DNA of 64,000 bases from a virus (Duplodnaviria > Heunggongvirae > Uroviricota > Caudoviricetes): the IMG/VR virus record IMGVR_UViG_2740892439_000009; one strand, 5' to 3'. Positions 10,233-21,600 of the stretch are shown in pieces; within the stretch, counting starts at the first letter, position 1; each line of letters opens with the position of its first letter. The translations under genes and the position numbers were made by a program. The notes under the pieces are model-generated. The model did no database searches and was not told where the DNA came from. It saw nothing but the letters and a program-made list of their open reading frames with translations.

Positions 10233-10256
10233 ATAGATAAGTAATTACTTATCTAT
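10233..10256. promoter_or_regulatory. Perfect 24-bp palindrome ATAGATAAGTAATTACTTATCTAT
   Basis: Self-complementary; member of a recurrent intergenic GATAAGTA/TACTTATC motif family. Confidence 0.5.
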
Positions 10257-10266
10257 TATCATATAT

Positions 10267-10296
10267 CAACGTCACATCCTGTGACGTTGAGTTTTT
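10267..10296 (+). terminator. Hairpin with T-run between M and L genes (possible attenuator)
   Basis: CAACGTCACA tcc TGTGACGTTG followed by AGTTTTT. Confidence 0.4.
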
Positions 10297-10309
10297 CAAG
10301 GATGAAGTG

Positions 10310-11008
10310 ATGGGTATTAGAGCTGATATTCAGAGTTTATCGCCTTCAGCGCTCATTGAGTTGTTCGAGCTGGATATGTCGGTGACAACCTCCGGCGGCA
10401 AGTTGTATTTCCATGCCGGCACCAACGGGCTTAGCCAGCCAATTGTCTGGCAGGGAGTTTCCTATGAGCCGTGGCCAATTAAAGCGTCTGGCTTTGATAA
10501 AAGCGGTCAGGGAACACTTCCTCGTCCAAAGATTCAGGTTTCCAACTACGACGGTGTAATTTCTGCCGAGCTGCAGGCCAATGACGATCTGATTGGCTGC
10601 AAAATCATTCACAAGATGACGCTGGCACGTTTTCTGGACGCGGTGAACTTTCCGGATGGAAACCCGACCGCAGACCCAAGTCAGCATTTTGCTGATGAAA
10701 TGTGGTTCGTCGAACAGAAGACCCTGGAGACGCACCAGTATGTCGAATTCGAGCTGTCCAGCGTCTTAGATCTGATGGGCGTTCAACTGCCGTATCGTCA
10801 GATCATCAAAAACAGCTGCCCGTGGAAATATCGCGGAACAGAGTGTGGTTACACCGGCCCCTATTTCGACAAAAACAACCAGCAAACCTCTTTGGCCGGC
10901 GCCGACTACTGCACCAAGCGTTACGACGCCTGTAATGCTCGCCGCAACTACTTCGCGAATGGCGTTATTCATTTTGGCGGATTTATTGGGGCGACACGAT
11001 ATGAGTAA
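10310..11008 (+). CDS. Minor tail protein L
   Basis: Motifs WQG..Y.P.PI..SGF, ARFLDAVNF, C.W.YRG.ECGY.GP and GNFGGF parallel lambda gpL. Confidence 0.8.
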   Translation: MGIRADIQSLSPSALIELFELDMSVTTSGGKLYFHAGTNGLSQPIVWQGVSYEPWPIKASGFDKSGQGTLPRPKIQVSNYDGVISAELQANDDLIGCKIIHKMTLARFLDAVNFPDGNPTADPSQHFADEMWFVEQKTLETHQYVEFELSSVLDLMGVQLPYRQIIKNSCPWKYRGTECGYTGPYFDKNNQQTSLAGADYCTKRYDACNARRNYFANGVIHFGGFIGATRYE

Positions 11009-11798
11009 CCAGACGTTACCTGAGCTGGGCTCAGAAGTCATGCAGGATATCTATCGCTGCGCTATCCAACGTTACCCGAATGAAGCGTGTGGCTTTCTTG
11101 TGCGCACACAGGGTGAGAAATATCGCTTTATGGAAGCGATGAATGTCTCTGAAACGCCACGTGAGGATTTTGTCATGCGTGCCAGCGACATTATTGCGGC
11201 CGAAGATGCTGGGGAAGTGATCGCTATTTGGCACTCTCACGTTGAGCGCAGCGCAGAGGCGTCAGACCCGGATCGCTCCGGGTGCGAGGCGACGGAACTA
11301 CCGTGGATGATTCTGGCAATTCGCAAAAATGTGGAAAGCGATATGCCATTCCACTTTAGCGAAATGAACGTCATTTATCCGTGTGGTTTTGAGATGCCCT
11401 ACCTCGGGCGCCCATACGTATTCGGTGTGTTTGATTGCTGGATGCTGTGCCGCGATTACCTAAAGCGTGAATTTGACGTTGAGCTGAATGCAAACGCCCA
11501 CCTGCATATTCCTTCTTGGTACACGGGGGACAACGACATCCTCGACCAGAACTACCGAAATGAAGGACTTGTCCGCATGGCGCCGGGGACGGAACCCCAG
11601 CGCGGCGACATCTTCTTCATCCAGTACGGGAAAATGCCAGATCACTGCGCGGTATACATCGGCGACGGCATGATCATGCATCACCAGATCGACCGTCTCA
11701 GCTGTCGGGCTTATTACGGTGGGATGTATCAGAAGCACACGACGCATCACCTGCGTCACAGGGATTTACTCAAGGGAGACGAGACGTGTCTGAATTAG
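11001..11798 (+). CDS. Tail assembly protein K (JAB/MPN plus NlpC/P60-like)
   Basis: ACGFLV..G, HSH, DCW.L.RD and HCA.YIGDG motifs parallel lambda gpK; ATG 11001 overlaps L stop. Confidence 0.75.
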   Translation: MSNQTLPELGSEVMQDIYRCAIQRYPNEACGFLVRTQGEKYRFMEAMNVSETPREDFVMRASDIIAAEDAGEVIAIWHSHVERSAEASDPDRSGCEATELPWMILAIRKNVESDMPFHFSEMNVIYPCGFEMPYLGRPYVFGVFDCWMLCRDYLKREFDVELNANAHLHIPSWYTGDNDILDQNYRNEGLVRMAPGTEPQRGDIFFIQYGKMPDHCAVYIGDGMIMHHQIDRLSCRAYYGGMYQKHTTHHLRHRDLLKGDETCLN

Positions 11799-12397
11799 TT
11801 CATGTTCAGCTCGGCGGTGCGATGGCAAAGAACTTTGGCCGCCACTGGAAATTGAAGGTGCGCAACACCAAACAAGCCATCGATTTGATTGAGGCGAATC
11901 GCCCGGGCTTTAAAGCCTGGATTAAGCGTAACCGTAACCACTTCGATAAGTACCACATCCAGGTCACAAATAAGCAGGGCCACAAGTGGTCAATGGACGA
12001 CACCGAATACCAGATGATGGGCGAGTCGGAAAATATCGCAAAAATCCGCATTACTCCCGTACCACGTGGCAGCGGTGGTAAGGCGTTTGGGTGGTTCCAG
12101 ACTTTCGTGGGCGCCGCGATGATCGCTGTCGGCGCTCTGGCCTCTGGGCTGACTTTTGGTGCGTCTTCCGCGCTGGTGATGGGAGGGATGTCATTGATGA
12201 TGGGCGGTGTGTCCATGCTGATTTCGCCGCAGGCATCAAATGCGTCTGTCAGACAGGCGGATAACACGGATTCGTTTTATTTCGATGGGCCTCAAAACAC
12301 CAGCAACCAGGGAAACCCGGTTCAGCTTAATTACGGCGAGGAAATTTTAGTTGGCTCACAGATTGTGAGTTCTTCAATCACCATAGACCAACTGTAA
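11786..12397 (+). CDS. Tail assembly protein I
   Basis: Position between K and J; Gly/Ala-rich hydrophobic C-terminal stretch. Confidence 0.6.
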   Translation: MSELVHVQLGGAMAKNFGRHWKLKVRNTKQAIDLIEANRPGFKAWIKRNRNHFDKYHIQVTNKQGHKWSMDDTEYQMMGESENIAKIRITPVPRGSGGKAFGWFQTFVGAAMIAVGALASGLTFGASSALVMGGMSLMMGGVSMLISPQASNASVRQADNTDSFYFDGPQNTSNQGNPVQLNYGEEILVGSQIVSSSITIDQL

Positions 12398-12407
12398 GGG
12401 AAGTTTT

Positions 12408-15400
12408 TTGAACATGTATCAGTTCAAGAAAAAGAGATTGCCCCTCCTGATTGCGGGAGCGGGCGGCAAAAAGAGCTCAGGCTCAAGCCGTACACCAGTT
12501 GAAGCGGATGATACCGTTAATTCGCGGGCCATGGCGTCTATCCTCGATCTGCTCGGGGAAGGTGTTGTTGGTGGGCTTATTAACGGTGCTAAATCTATCT
12601 TCATCGATGGCGTGGCGCTGGAGAACGAAGACGGATCATTCAACTATTCCGGTGTAACCTGGGATTTCCGGGATGGTTCACAAGACCAAAGCCCGATGCC
12701 TGGTTTCGATTTTGTCGAAACGCCAAAGGCCGTTAACACACAGCTGAAAACCACAAACGCGGTTACGGTCGCCATCGATAACGACGACGCTGATCGTGTC
12801 CGAGTGATCATGAAGTTCCCGTCGCTGCGTAGCATTGACAAGAAAACAGGGGACACAAACGGTACTTCTGTCCAGTTTAAGTTCCAGCTGGCCAATGGCA
12901 ATGGCTCTTTCTATGACGTGATTGCTACAGGTGAGAGCAGCTCTGACGTGAAGCTGACTGCGAAAAAGACTGGTGTCTACTACCGCAGTTACGAAATCCA
13001 ACTTCCAAAGCCTGGGCGCGCCTATAAAGTGCGCGTGCTTCGTCTCTCCGCCGACAGCAACGATCAGTATCTCTTTAACGATACCTGGGTCGACTCTATC
13101 GGTGAGATCGTTGACACCCCAATGAACTACCCGAACTCCGTTCTGGTTGGCCTTAAGGTTAACTCTGAGCAGTTTGGTAGCTCTATGCCGTCACGTTCGT
13201 ATCTTATCCGTGGCCTCAAAATCCGTGTGCCTTCGAATTATGATGAAAATACGAACACTTATAACGGCGTTTGGGATGGAACCTTTAAGCTTCTGTCGTC
13301 TTCCAACCCTGCCTGGATTCTGTTCGATCTGCTGACCAATGCTCGTTATGGCCTCGGCAAATTTGTTTCGGAGTCAATGATTGACCTTGGTAAGCTTTAT
13401 CAGATCGGTCGCTACTGCGACGAAGAGGTTGATGATGGCTTTGGCGGCAAAGAAAAACGCTTTGCAATCAACACCCAGATCACCAGTCGTCAGGACGCTT
13501 ATCGTCTGATTCAGGATATTGCCGGCGCTTTCCGTGGCATGGTTTTCTGGGCTGGTGGCATGGTGAATATCATGCAGGACAGCCCGTCTGACCCTGTCAT
13601 GCTCTTTACCAATGCGAACGTAAAAGATGGCCTGTTTACCTATAAAGGCTCAGCTCGAAAAGACCGGCCGTCCGTAGCGTTGATCACTTATAACAACAAA
13701 CAAGACGGCTATAAGCAGAACGTTGAGTATGTTGAAGATCAGGAAGCGATGGCCCGATACGGGGAGCGCAAGACCGAGGCCGTTGCGTTCGGATGCACCA
13801 GCCGAGGTCAGGCTCATCGTGTAGGTTTGTGGCTGCTCTATACCGCGCGTATGGAGTCAGACATGATCACCTTTACCGCGGGCCTGGACGCCTCGTTCCT
13901 GATGCCGGGCGAAACCGTTCTGATCCAGAACAAATATCGTGCCGGCAAACGCAATTCCGGTCGCATTGTCTCTTTCACCAAAAACAGCATCACCCTCGAT
14001 GCACCTGTCTCTCTGAAAAAGAGCGGTAGCTTCATCCGTATCATCAATCAGGAAGGCAAAATCGTTGAGCGAGACATCAACGAGACCGGCGACAACATCA
14101 CTAAAGTTACCTTCAAGACGGCGTTGGCCACAGCCGATCAACCAGTAGCGAATGGCGTCTGGACGATCACCGAACCAGACCTTGTTCCAATGCGGGCGCG
14201 CGTTGTCGCTATCGCGCAAGGTGAAACCCCGGGGTCGTTTGATATCACGGTGGTGCAGAACAATGCATCTAAGTACCAGGCGATTGATAACGGGGCCGCG
14301 CTCGTTCCAGAAAATACGACGGTTCTTGATCCCACATATTCCAAACCGAGCAACCTGGTCATCTCAGAAGGCACCTATCTGTCCAGTCCGGGCAACTTGT
14401 CCGTGAAGCTGATGCTTGCCTGGGAAGGTAAATCACCAGAATACTGGGTCAGCTGGCGCCGCTCCGACGAGGGCAACGTCTCCAACTGGCAATCTGCCCG
14501 CGCCACGGAAGAACAATATGAAATCGTCAATGTTGCCGAAAATGGGCGATATGACTTCCAGCTGTATTCCGTTTCCTTCGGCGGCAAAAAATCCGAGATC
14601 ATTACTGCTGTCTATCAGGTAAAAGGCACGATGACGCCGCCAGGGGCGCCCACATCACTCACCGCGGTGGGGGATTATCGTAACGTGGTATTGAATTGGG
14701 TTAACCCTGATTCAGTCGACCTCGCGCAGATCAACGTGTATGCGTCCAAAACAAATAAGCTGGACACCGCAACACTCATTGCTCAGGCCGCAACAACGAC
14801 TTTCACTCACGCTGGCCTGGGTGACAACGAGACCTGGTATTACTGGATTCGTGCGGTAAACAAACGTGGGATGGTAGGCCAGCCGAACTCGAACCTCGGT
14901 ACAGAGGCCACCACTCGCGACGTATTGTCTTTCCTGAAAGATAAGATCACATCTTCTGAACTCGGCAAGGAGCTGCTCGACGAAATCGACAGCAAAGCCA
15001 CTCAGGAGGCGGTAGACAACGCCATTGGCGAGGTTCAGAACTCAGTCAACGAGTCTATCCAGCAAGTTGAAAACGATCTGGCGCAAACCTCCTCCGAAAT
15101 TAAGGCGCAGGTTGACTCTGTCAATCAGTCGCTGAAAGAGGACATAAAGACCGTCAATCAGACGATTGTTGACAACATCGATACCGTCAACCAGACGATC
15201 AATACCAACATCTCCAACGTAAACAACCAAATTGAAGCTGCAAAACAGTCTATTAAAGACGGCGACGCGGCTCTGTCGCAGGAGATTAAGAATGCGCAGT
15301 CATCACTGACAACGTCGCTGTCCCAGACCAGCAAAGATCTGACTGCGGCCATTCAGAAAGAGACGAATGACCGTATTGCAGATGTTAATGACGCAGCCAA

Positions 15401-15614
15401 GCAAGCGGCCGACCAACTGCTGAGCGCGAAGAATGAGCTGAAAACCTCTATCGATAGCTTGTCTGAGGTTGTGACCTCCGGTGACGAAAACCTCGCGCGA
15501 CAGATCTCGCAGATTGCCGCTGGCACAGGGGAACAGTTTGACTCTCTGAAAATCTGGTATTTCGACCAGGACGCTGAAGGCTGGACGGAAGATGATAATG
15601 CTACACGCCAATGA
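12408..15614 (+). CDS. Tail tip / host specificity protein, lambda J-like N-terminal and central part
   Basis: Motifs NPAWILFDLLTNARYGLGKF, GFGGKEKRF, AMARYGERKTEAVAFGCTSRGQAHRVGLWLL and KITSSELGKELL parallel lambda J; stop overlaps next start (ATGA). Confidence 0.8.
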   Translation: MNMYQFKKKRLPLLIAGAGGKKSSGSSRTPVEADDTVNSRAMASILDLLGEGVVGGLINGAKSIFIDGVALENEDGSFNYSGVTWDFRDGSQDQSPMPGFDFVETPKAVNTQLKTTNAVTVAIDNDDADRVRVIMKFPSLRSIDKKTGDTNGTSVQFKFQLANGNGSFYDVIATGESSSDVKLTAKKTGVYYRSYEIQLPKPGRAYKVRVLRLSADSNDQYLFNDTWVDSIGEIVDTPMNYPNSVLVGLKVNSEQFGSSMPSRSYLIRGLKIRVPSNYDENTNTYNGVWDGTFKLLSSSNPAWILFDLLTNARYGLGKFVSESMIDLGKLYQIGRYCDEEVDDGFGGKEKRFAINTQITSRQDAYRLIQDIAGAFRGMVFWAGGMVNIMQDSPSDPVMLFTNANVKDGLFTYKGSARKDRPSVALITYNNKQDGYKQNVEYVEDQEAMARYGERKTEAVAFGCTSRGQAHRVGLWLLYTARMESDMITFTAGLDASFLMPGETVLIQNKYRAGKRNSGRIVSFTKNSITLDAPVSLKKSGSFIRIINQEGKIVERDINETGDNITKVTFKTALATADQPVANGVWTITEPDLVPMRARVVAIAQGETPGSFDITVVQNNASKYQAIDNGAALVPENTTVLDPTYSKPSNLVISEGTYLSSPGNLSVKLMLAWEGKSPEYWVSWRRSDEGNVSNWQSARATEEQYEIVNVAENGRYDFQLYSVSFGGKKSEIITAVYQVKGTMTPPGAPTSLTAVGDYRNVVLNWVNPDSVDLAQINVYASKTNKLDTATLIAQAATTTFTHAGLGDNETWYYWIRAVNKRGMVGQPNSNLGTEATTRDVLSFLKDKITSSELGKELLDEIDSKATQEAVDNAIGEVQNSVNESIQQVENDLAQTSSEIKAQVDSVNQSLKEDIKTVNQTIVDNIDTVNQTINTNISNVNNQIEAAKQSIKDGDAALSQEIKNAQSSLTTSLSQTSKDLTAAIQKETNDRIADVNDAAKQAADQLLSAKNELKTSIDSLSEVVTSGDENLARQISQIAAGTGEQFDSLKIWYFDQDAEGWTEDDNATRQ

Positions 15615-18600
15615 GCGTCACCAGCGATGGCTGGCTGAAAGCGAACAATCCGACCTCAACCTGTCGTTCCCCTAACGGCTTGACGATCGATGCCCATGCT
15701 TATCGTTTCATTAAGATGCGCATTAAAAAGGTTGGCAACCCAACCTGGAACGCCAAAATGTTCTGGATCGGCGCTGATGAAACCGGCTGGAATGCTGGTC
15801 GCTCCGTGGTTATCAATGAACCGGAATACGATGACAAGGGTATTGCGATTCTGACCCTGCACGACATTGAGTGGCGAGATTCGACAACGATTCGTCGTTT
15901 CCGCTTCGATTTCACTTCAGGTCAGGATGCGGACAATTACCTGTTATTCGACTGGATCGCCGTCGGTCGACCGACGCCGGGCGCAGGCATGGCCGCGTTA
16001 CAGGAAGAGCAGCAGGCTCGTGCGAATGCAGATACCGCCGAAGCGCAGGCGCGCAGCACATTGGCTGCACAAATCCGCGGTTCCTCTGAAAGCGGAAATC
16101 TGGACGACATTCGCTCCGGTCTGATCTATCAGGAGAAAAATGCTCGTATCACCGCCGATGCTGCGGAAGCGAGTGCGCGTGAATCCCTGCAGACTGAATT
16201 CAACAGAAACAAAGCCTCTGTTGCAGAAGAGCTGCATACGCTGTCCACTGAACAAGCTTCTCAGGCAAGCAAGATTACCGGGTTGCAAACAAGCCTTGGC
16301 CAGAAGGCCGATGCCAGTGCAGTACAGACAATTTCCCAGAAGGTTGAAGAGCAGGGCAACACCCTTAAATCACAAGGTGCGGCATTGTCTACGCTGGATA
16401 ATCGCGTAGGAAGTGTTGAGTCTGGTGTATCTGCGAATAGCAAGGCGATCACGGGTCTACAGTCGACCGTAACCCAGCAGGATAAAACCCTTAGCAGCCA
16501 GAGTGAAAGCATCACCACCCTGAATAACTCGCTGAGCGATATCCAGAGCGATACCGATACTGCCAAAAGCAACCCGAGTAATTTGCTGGTTAACGCCTCC
16601 TTTGAGCGTGACCTGGCAGGGTGGTCTGCAGGGAACAGCGTATCCAATGTTATCAAAGCGAGTGCGCCCCATTCTGGTAGCAAAATTCTTGTTTGCGCCG
16701 CTGGCACGGTGCAAATCACGCAATCTGTAAGCGTCGTCGAAGGGCGGACATACAAGCTGTCCTCTTTTGTGCGCTGCACCACTGATGCGGTGATCAGCAG
16801 CCCTGGCAACAACAAACTGCGTATTGGCGCGGCTACGTTGCTCAAAGAGATTCCGATCCGTCCGGAGAATCTGCCCAAAGATGAAACATGGAAGGAGGTC
16901 TCTGATACCTGGAAGGCGACGCTGACCGGTAAAGTTGACGTATCGATCATGTCTTCTCTCAAAACCGGTTCTCAGTACTTCGATGATGTTGGTTTTGTTG
17001 ACGTCACTGATGCTCTGGCGATTGAGGCGAACGCCAGTGCCACCAATGCTTTGACCTCTCGGGTATCGTCTGTTGAGGGCACCATCACAAGTCAGGGGCA
17101 ACAGATCACTTCGATGCAGAACAGTATCAAGAACAAAGCTGACGCCTCAGCTGTGACTAATCTGACAAACCGCGTAACTGCTGCCGAAAATCAGATCTCC
17201 AGCCAGTCCCAGAGCATCACCAGCCTGTCAAATTCGCTGGATAACGCCAATGCTGATGCGGATGCCTCGAAAGCGATCATCGGCAACATGCTCAAAAACA
17301 ACTCTTTTGAACGTGGTTTCGAAGGTTGGGAGTATGTTGGTTGGACTCTGCTGGAGGCCCAAAACCCCAAATCGGGGAAATACATCATCCAGGCGGGCAA
17401 ACTGGCCTCTGGCGGTGACTCGGGCTGCAACCAAACGATCGAGCTGCAGGCTGGCAAGACTTATCGTATCGGCGCATGGGTTCGCAAATCCGCTGACTTC
17501 GCGATTAATAATGCCGGCAACAACAAAATTAGCCTTCGAAACGCAGATCTTACGCCAATAAAGGATATCCCGATCACTGGCGCCGGGCTGTCGACGAACT
17601 GGGCGCTTATTAGCGGCGAGTATACGCCAGCCAAAACCGCGAGCGTGGTTGTGTCTCTGCGCGCAAGTGTCGCTTCAGGCTATATGTATCTCGATGACGT
17701 CTTCTGCGTTGACGTGAGCAATGAGAAAGCGATTGATGCGACGTCCAATGCGTTATCAACCCTCAACAGCACCGTGACCCAGCAGGGAAAAGACATTACG
17801 TCTAACTCCAACAGCATCACTTCGCTGTCAAACCAGATGGTTAACGGCCGCCAGAACATGTGGGTGCGTAGCGTATACAACGTACAACTGGCGAACAATA
17901 CCACTGAGCCGACCTTTAGCGATATCAACGGTAAGGCGCCAATCTCGATCGATGAGGTTCCTGACGCGGCAAAACTGGACTTTGTGAGCGCCGGCAGTTA
18001 CGTGATCGCGCATTACAAAGCCTTCGTGAAAGTCAATGCTGATACCACCATCACTATGGCACCAGGGTCTCGTGTTTTTGATGATACGGGCGCCGTGTAC
18101 GTGAACGGTGTTAGGGTTGCCTTTGGTAATGCGAGCTGGAATACGGTTAGCTTTGATCTGAAAGCTGGCTGGAGCACGGTTGAGTTCTTGGTGAACCAAT
18201 GGACTGGTCAGGCTTACATTAACCTCGGCTTTAAACTGTCCGAGAAGGTAGCCCAGCTGAATTCTGCTCTTGGGATGAACGCGCTTTCGAATGCCATTAG
18301 CGCCGTCACCTCAAACGTCAGCACCGTAGGTGATCGCGTCACGAGCACCTCACAGAGCGTTACTGACCTGCGAAATAGCCTCGAACAGACCAACGCAAAT
18401 CTAGCGAATAAGGCAGATGCACAGGCGCTGTCTACGCTGCAAAATACGGTCTCCAAGCAGGGGGATACGATTTCCAGCCAGGGTAACAGCATCACGAACC
18501 TGAATAACACCCTGACCGCTGCCAGAAACGCCGGTGACAACCTGATCCCGAACTACGATTTCCTGCAGGGTGCAACTGCGTGGGATATCCAGTATCCGGC

Positions 18601-21600
18601 GGGCGTCGCTTTTGGCAACTTCGGTGATGGTAAGGCTGGGGTTAAGCTGAACCGGACGACCACGACCAGCCCAGGCATCTTCTCCAACAACAACAAGCCG
18701 CTGCCGCTTAATGGTCAGCGCAAATATCGTGTTGTGGTTAAAGCCAAGGGCGTGTCCGGGGCGATGAACATGTTGATCCGGCGCCAGAACAAAATCGGCC
18801 AGACCGACAGCAATTATGAAGATAAAAACGTCACACTCACCAGTGAGTGGCAGACCATTACCTGGGAAACTGGGCTTACTGCCTCTAACGCTGATGGTCA
18901 GAACTTTAAGCTTTACGCGCACCCGGCTAATGCCGAAATCTGGGTTGATACCTTTAAGGTCTTTGATATCACGGATGAGGTGAAGATCAAGGCTAATAGC
19001 GATGCGCTGTCTACGTTGTCGAGCACGGTGACGCAGCAGGGTGACAAGATCACCAGTCAGGGCAACAGCATCACTAAGTTGACCAATGACCTCGAAGTCG
19101 CTGACGCAAACATCGCGAAAAAGGCCGATCAGTCGGCAGTCACTACGCTGACAGGTCGGGTAGAGAAGACGGAGTCCGGTCTGACGGCGGCGAACAGCAA
19201 CATTACGTCGCTCAGCAGCTCTCTGAACCAGCAATCCAAACGCGGCGCCAATCTGCTTCCTGATGGCACTTTTGAAAGCTACGCGGTTGGCCATAATCTA
19301 TCAAATAATCGCGTTATCGTGACCACTGATGACTCGCATGGCGGTAGTAAGTGCATCCGTGTGACGCGTCCGAATGATTACAACGCTAACGCAACTGATA
19401 ACAGCGATAATCACATTTTCAGCGGGTTCCAGGTTCGCGATAACGCAGTCTTCTATATGGAATGCTGGGTTAAGCTGGATGCCAAGAGCACCGCTATGGC
19501 CGAGAATGCGCAGATCTCCATTGGCTTGTCGCTCCAGTATCAGGATAACTCCTGGCAGTGGCCAGCAGTAACCAAAGCGGCGAAAGATCTGTCTACAGCT
19601 CAATGGACGAAGGTTTCTGGTTACCTGAAATCAACGAAGAGCGGTATTAAGCAGGCAATGGTGAGGATTTCTATTCCTAACGTTAGCAGCGTTAAGGCGG
19701 GAAACTCATTCCTCATTGATGACCTGGTCATTACCGAAGTGACTGATGCCTACAATGCGCAAAGTACAGCAGACGCTAATGCCAATGCGATTTCGACACT
19801 GGACTCGACCGTCTCCCAACAGGGTGACCAGATCACCAGTCAGGGTAACAGCATCACCAAACTGACAAATGACCTGGCAACGACCAATAACAACGTCAGT
19901 AAAAAAGCGGATCAGAGCGCTTTAAGCGTGTTGTCCGGGCGCGTCGATCAAACAGAATCGGGCTTATCCTCTGCGAATAGCAGTATCACTGCGCTTAATT
20001 CATCTGTACGCGCAGGGAATGCGACAAGTGGCGATTTGATTAGCAACCCGACATTTGACCCAGAGTTTAGTCAGATGGGCTTCACTGTGGTTTCCAGCTC
20101 GTCTGAGGGCGTGCCAGCCAATTGCCCATACGCTTATGTTGCACGCATTGCGGCTCGCGACCATCACCCCAATTTTGCTGCTATTCCGGCGACATTGGGG
20201 GATGTCTATGAAATGTCTGCTCTCGTCGCGTGTGGCACCGGCTCCGCTGATTTCAACCTGTATCTCGGAACCGCAACACGGCCAAGCGGCAGCGTGGGCG
20301 CGCCTCTGTCATCCGGCGGCAACCGCAAGGCGTCGGCCACATGGCAGCGAGTAACCTGGCGATTCAAAATTACTCAGGGGATTGTCGATCGCGGCTTCTT
20401 CCGTCCATTCCTGCAAATTAACCAGTCCAGCCCATTCGGCACCGTCTGGTATGTGACTGACTGGCATCTGCGGAACGTGACCGACTCCTCCAAAGTCCAG
20501 GATTCCCTCGACGCCACGGCGAAAGCGGTTGATTCGCTGACCTCTACGGTAAATCAGCAGGGGGAGAATATCTCCAGCATTGGTACACGTACTACCAATC
20601 TTGAGAATAATTTGAGAACAACAAATGCAAACGTTGCTCAAAAAGCGGACGCCAATGCTCTGACGGCACTGACCAACCGTGTTACCCAGACCGAAAAAGA
20701 CATTAACTCAACGAGTTCTTCTGTCACGAATCTGAACAACAAGGTTGATGCCATTTCTGTTGGCGGTACAAACCTGATTAAGAACTCTGGCGATATGACC
20801 GGCTGGTCGAACGTTACCAGCGACACGTATCGTGGTAACGCGGTAATTGGCGCAACTGTAAAAGCCGGCTCCGGCTACAAGGATCTGCGGGAAATCACGC
20901 TTGAGTCGCCGGTCGATGCAGGTGAGTACGTTTACAGCTTCTATGCAAAAGGCGGTGTTGCTGGCCAGATTATGACGGCGTTCTTCTACAATCCGAACAC
21001 TACAACGTCTATCGAGACCAGCCAGGGTGCGAAAGGTAACAACAGTGATGGCCGTGCGCAGTTCACGCTGACCACTTCATGGTCCCGCTATTGGGTTAAG
21101 TGGAAACAGACACCTACCACGAGTACCAAGCGCCTGATTCTGTGTCGTATCGAGAGCAATACCTCCAAAGACCAGACGGTGTACATCAACAGTCCGAAGT
21201 TTGAGGTAGGTAACGTTGTTTCCGACTGGAACGAGTCTCCGTCTGATAGTGCCAGTGCGTCGGCTGTGGACTCGCTGACAACGAAAGTGAATCAGCAGGG
21301 CACTTCCATTAGCTCTATCGGAAATCGCACCACATCGTTGGAAAACGGGTTATCGACAGCTCAAAACAATATTGCCAAGAAGGCTGATGCTTCTGCATTG
21401 CAGGATCTCCGGAACACGGTGACATCTCAGGGTGATGATTTAACTGCGGCGAACAGCAGCATTACCAGCCTGCATGCCTCGATGAACCGTCGCACTGTGT
21501 TTACTGTCACTGCACGGGGTAATGGCAACAGCGTTACCCATGGGGTGTTTGATGAAAGCGGCAAGAATCTGTTTACCCCTGGTCGCAGCTGGGCGCTGGT

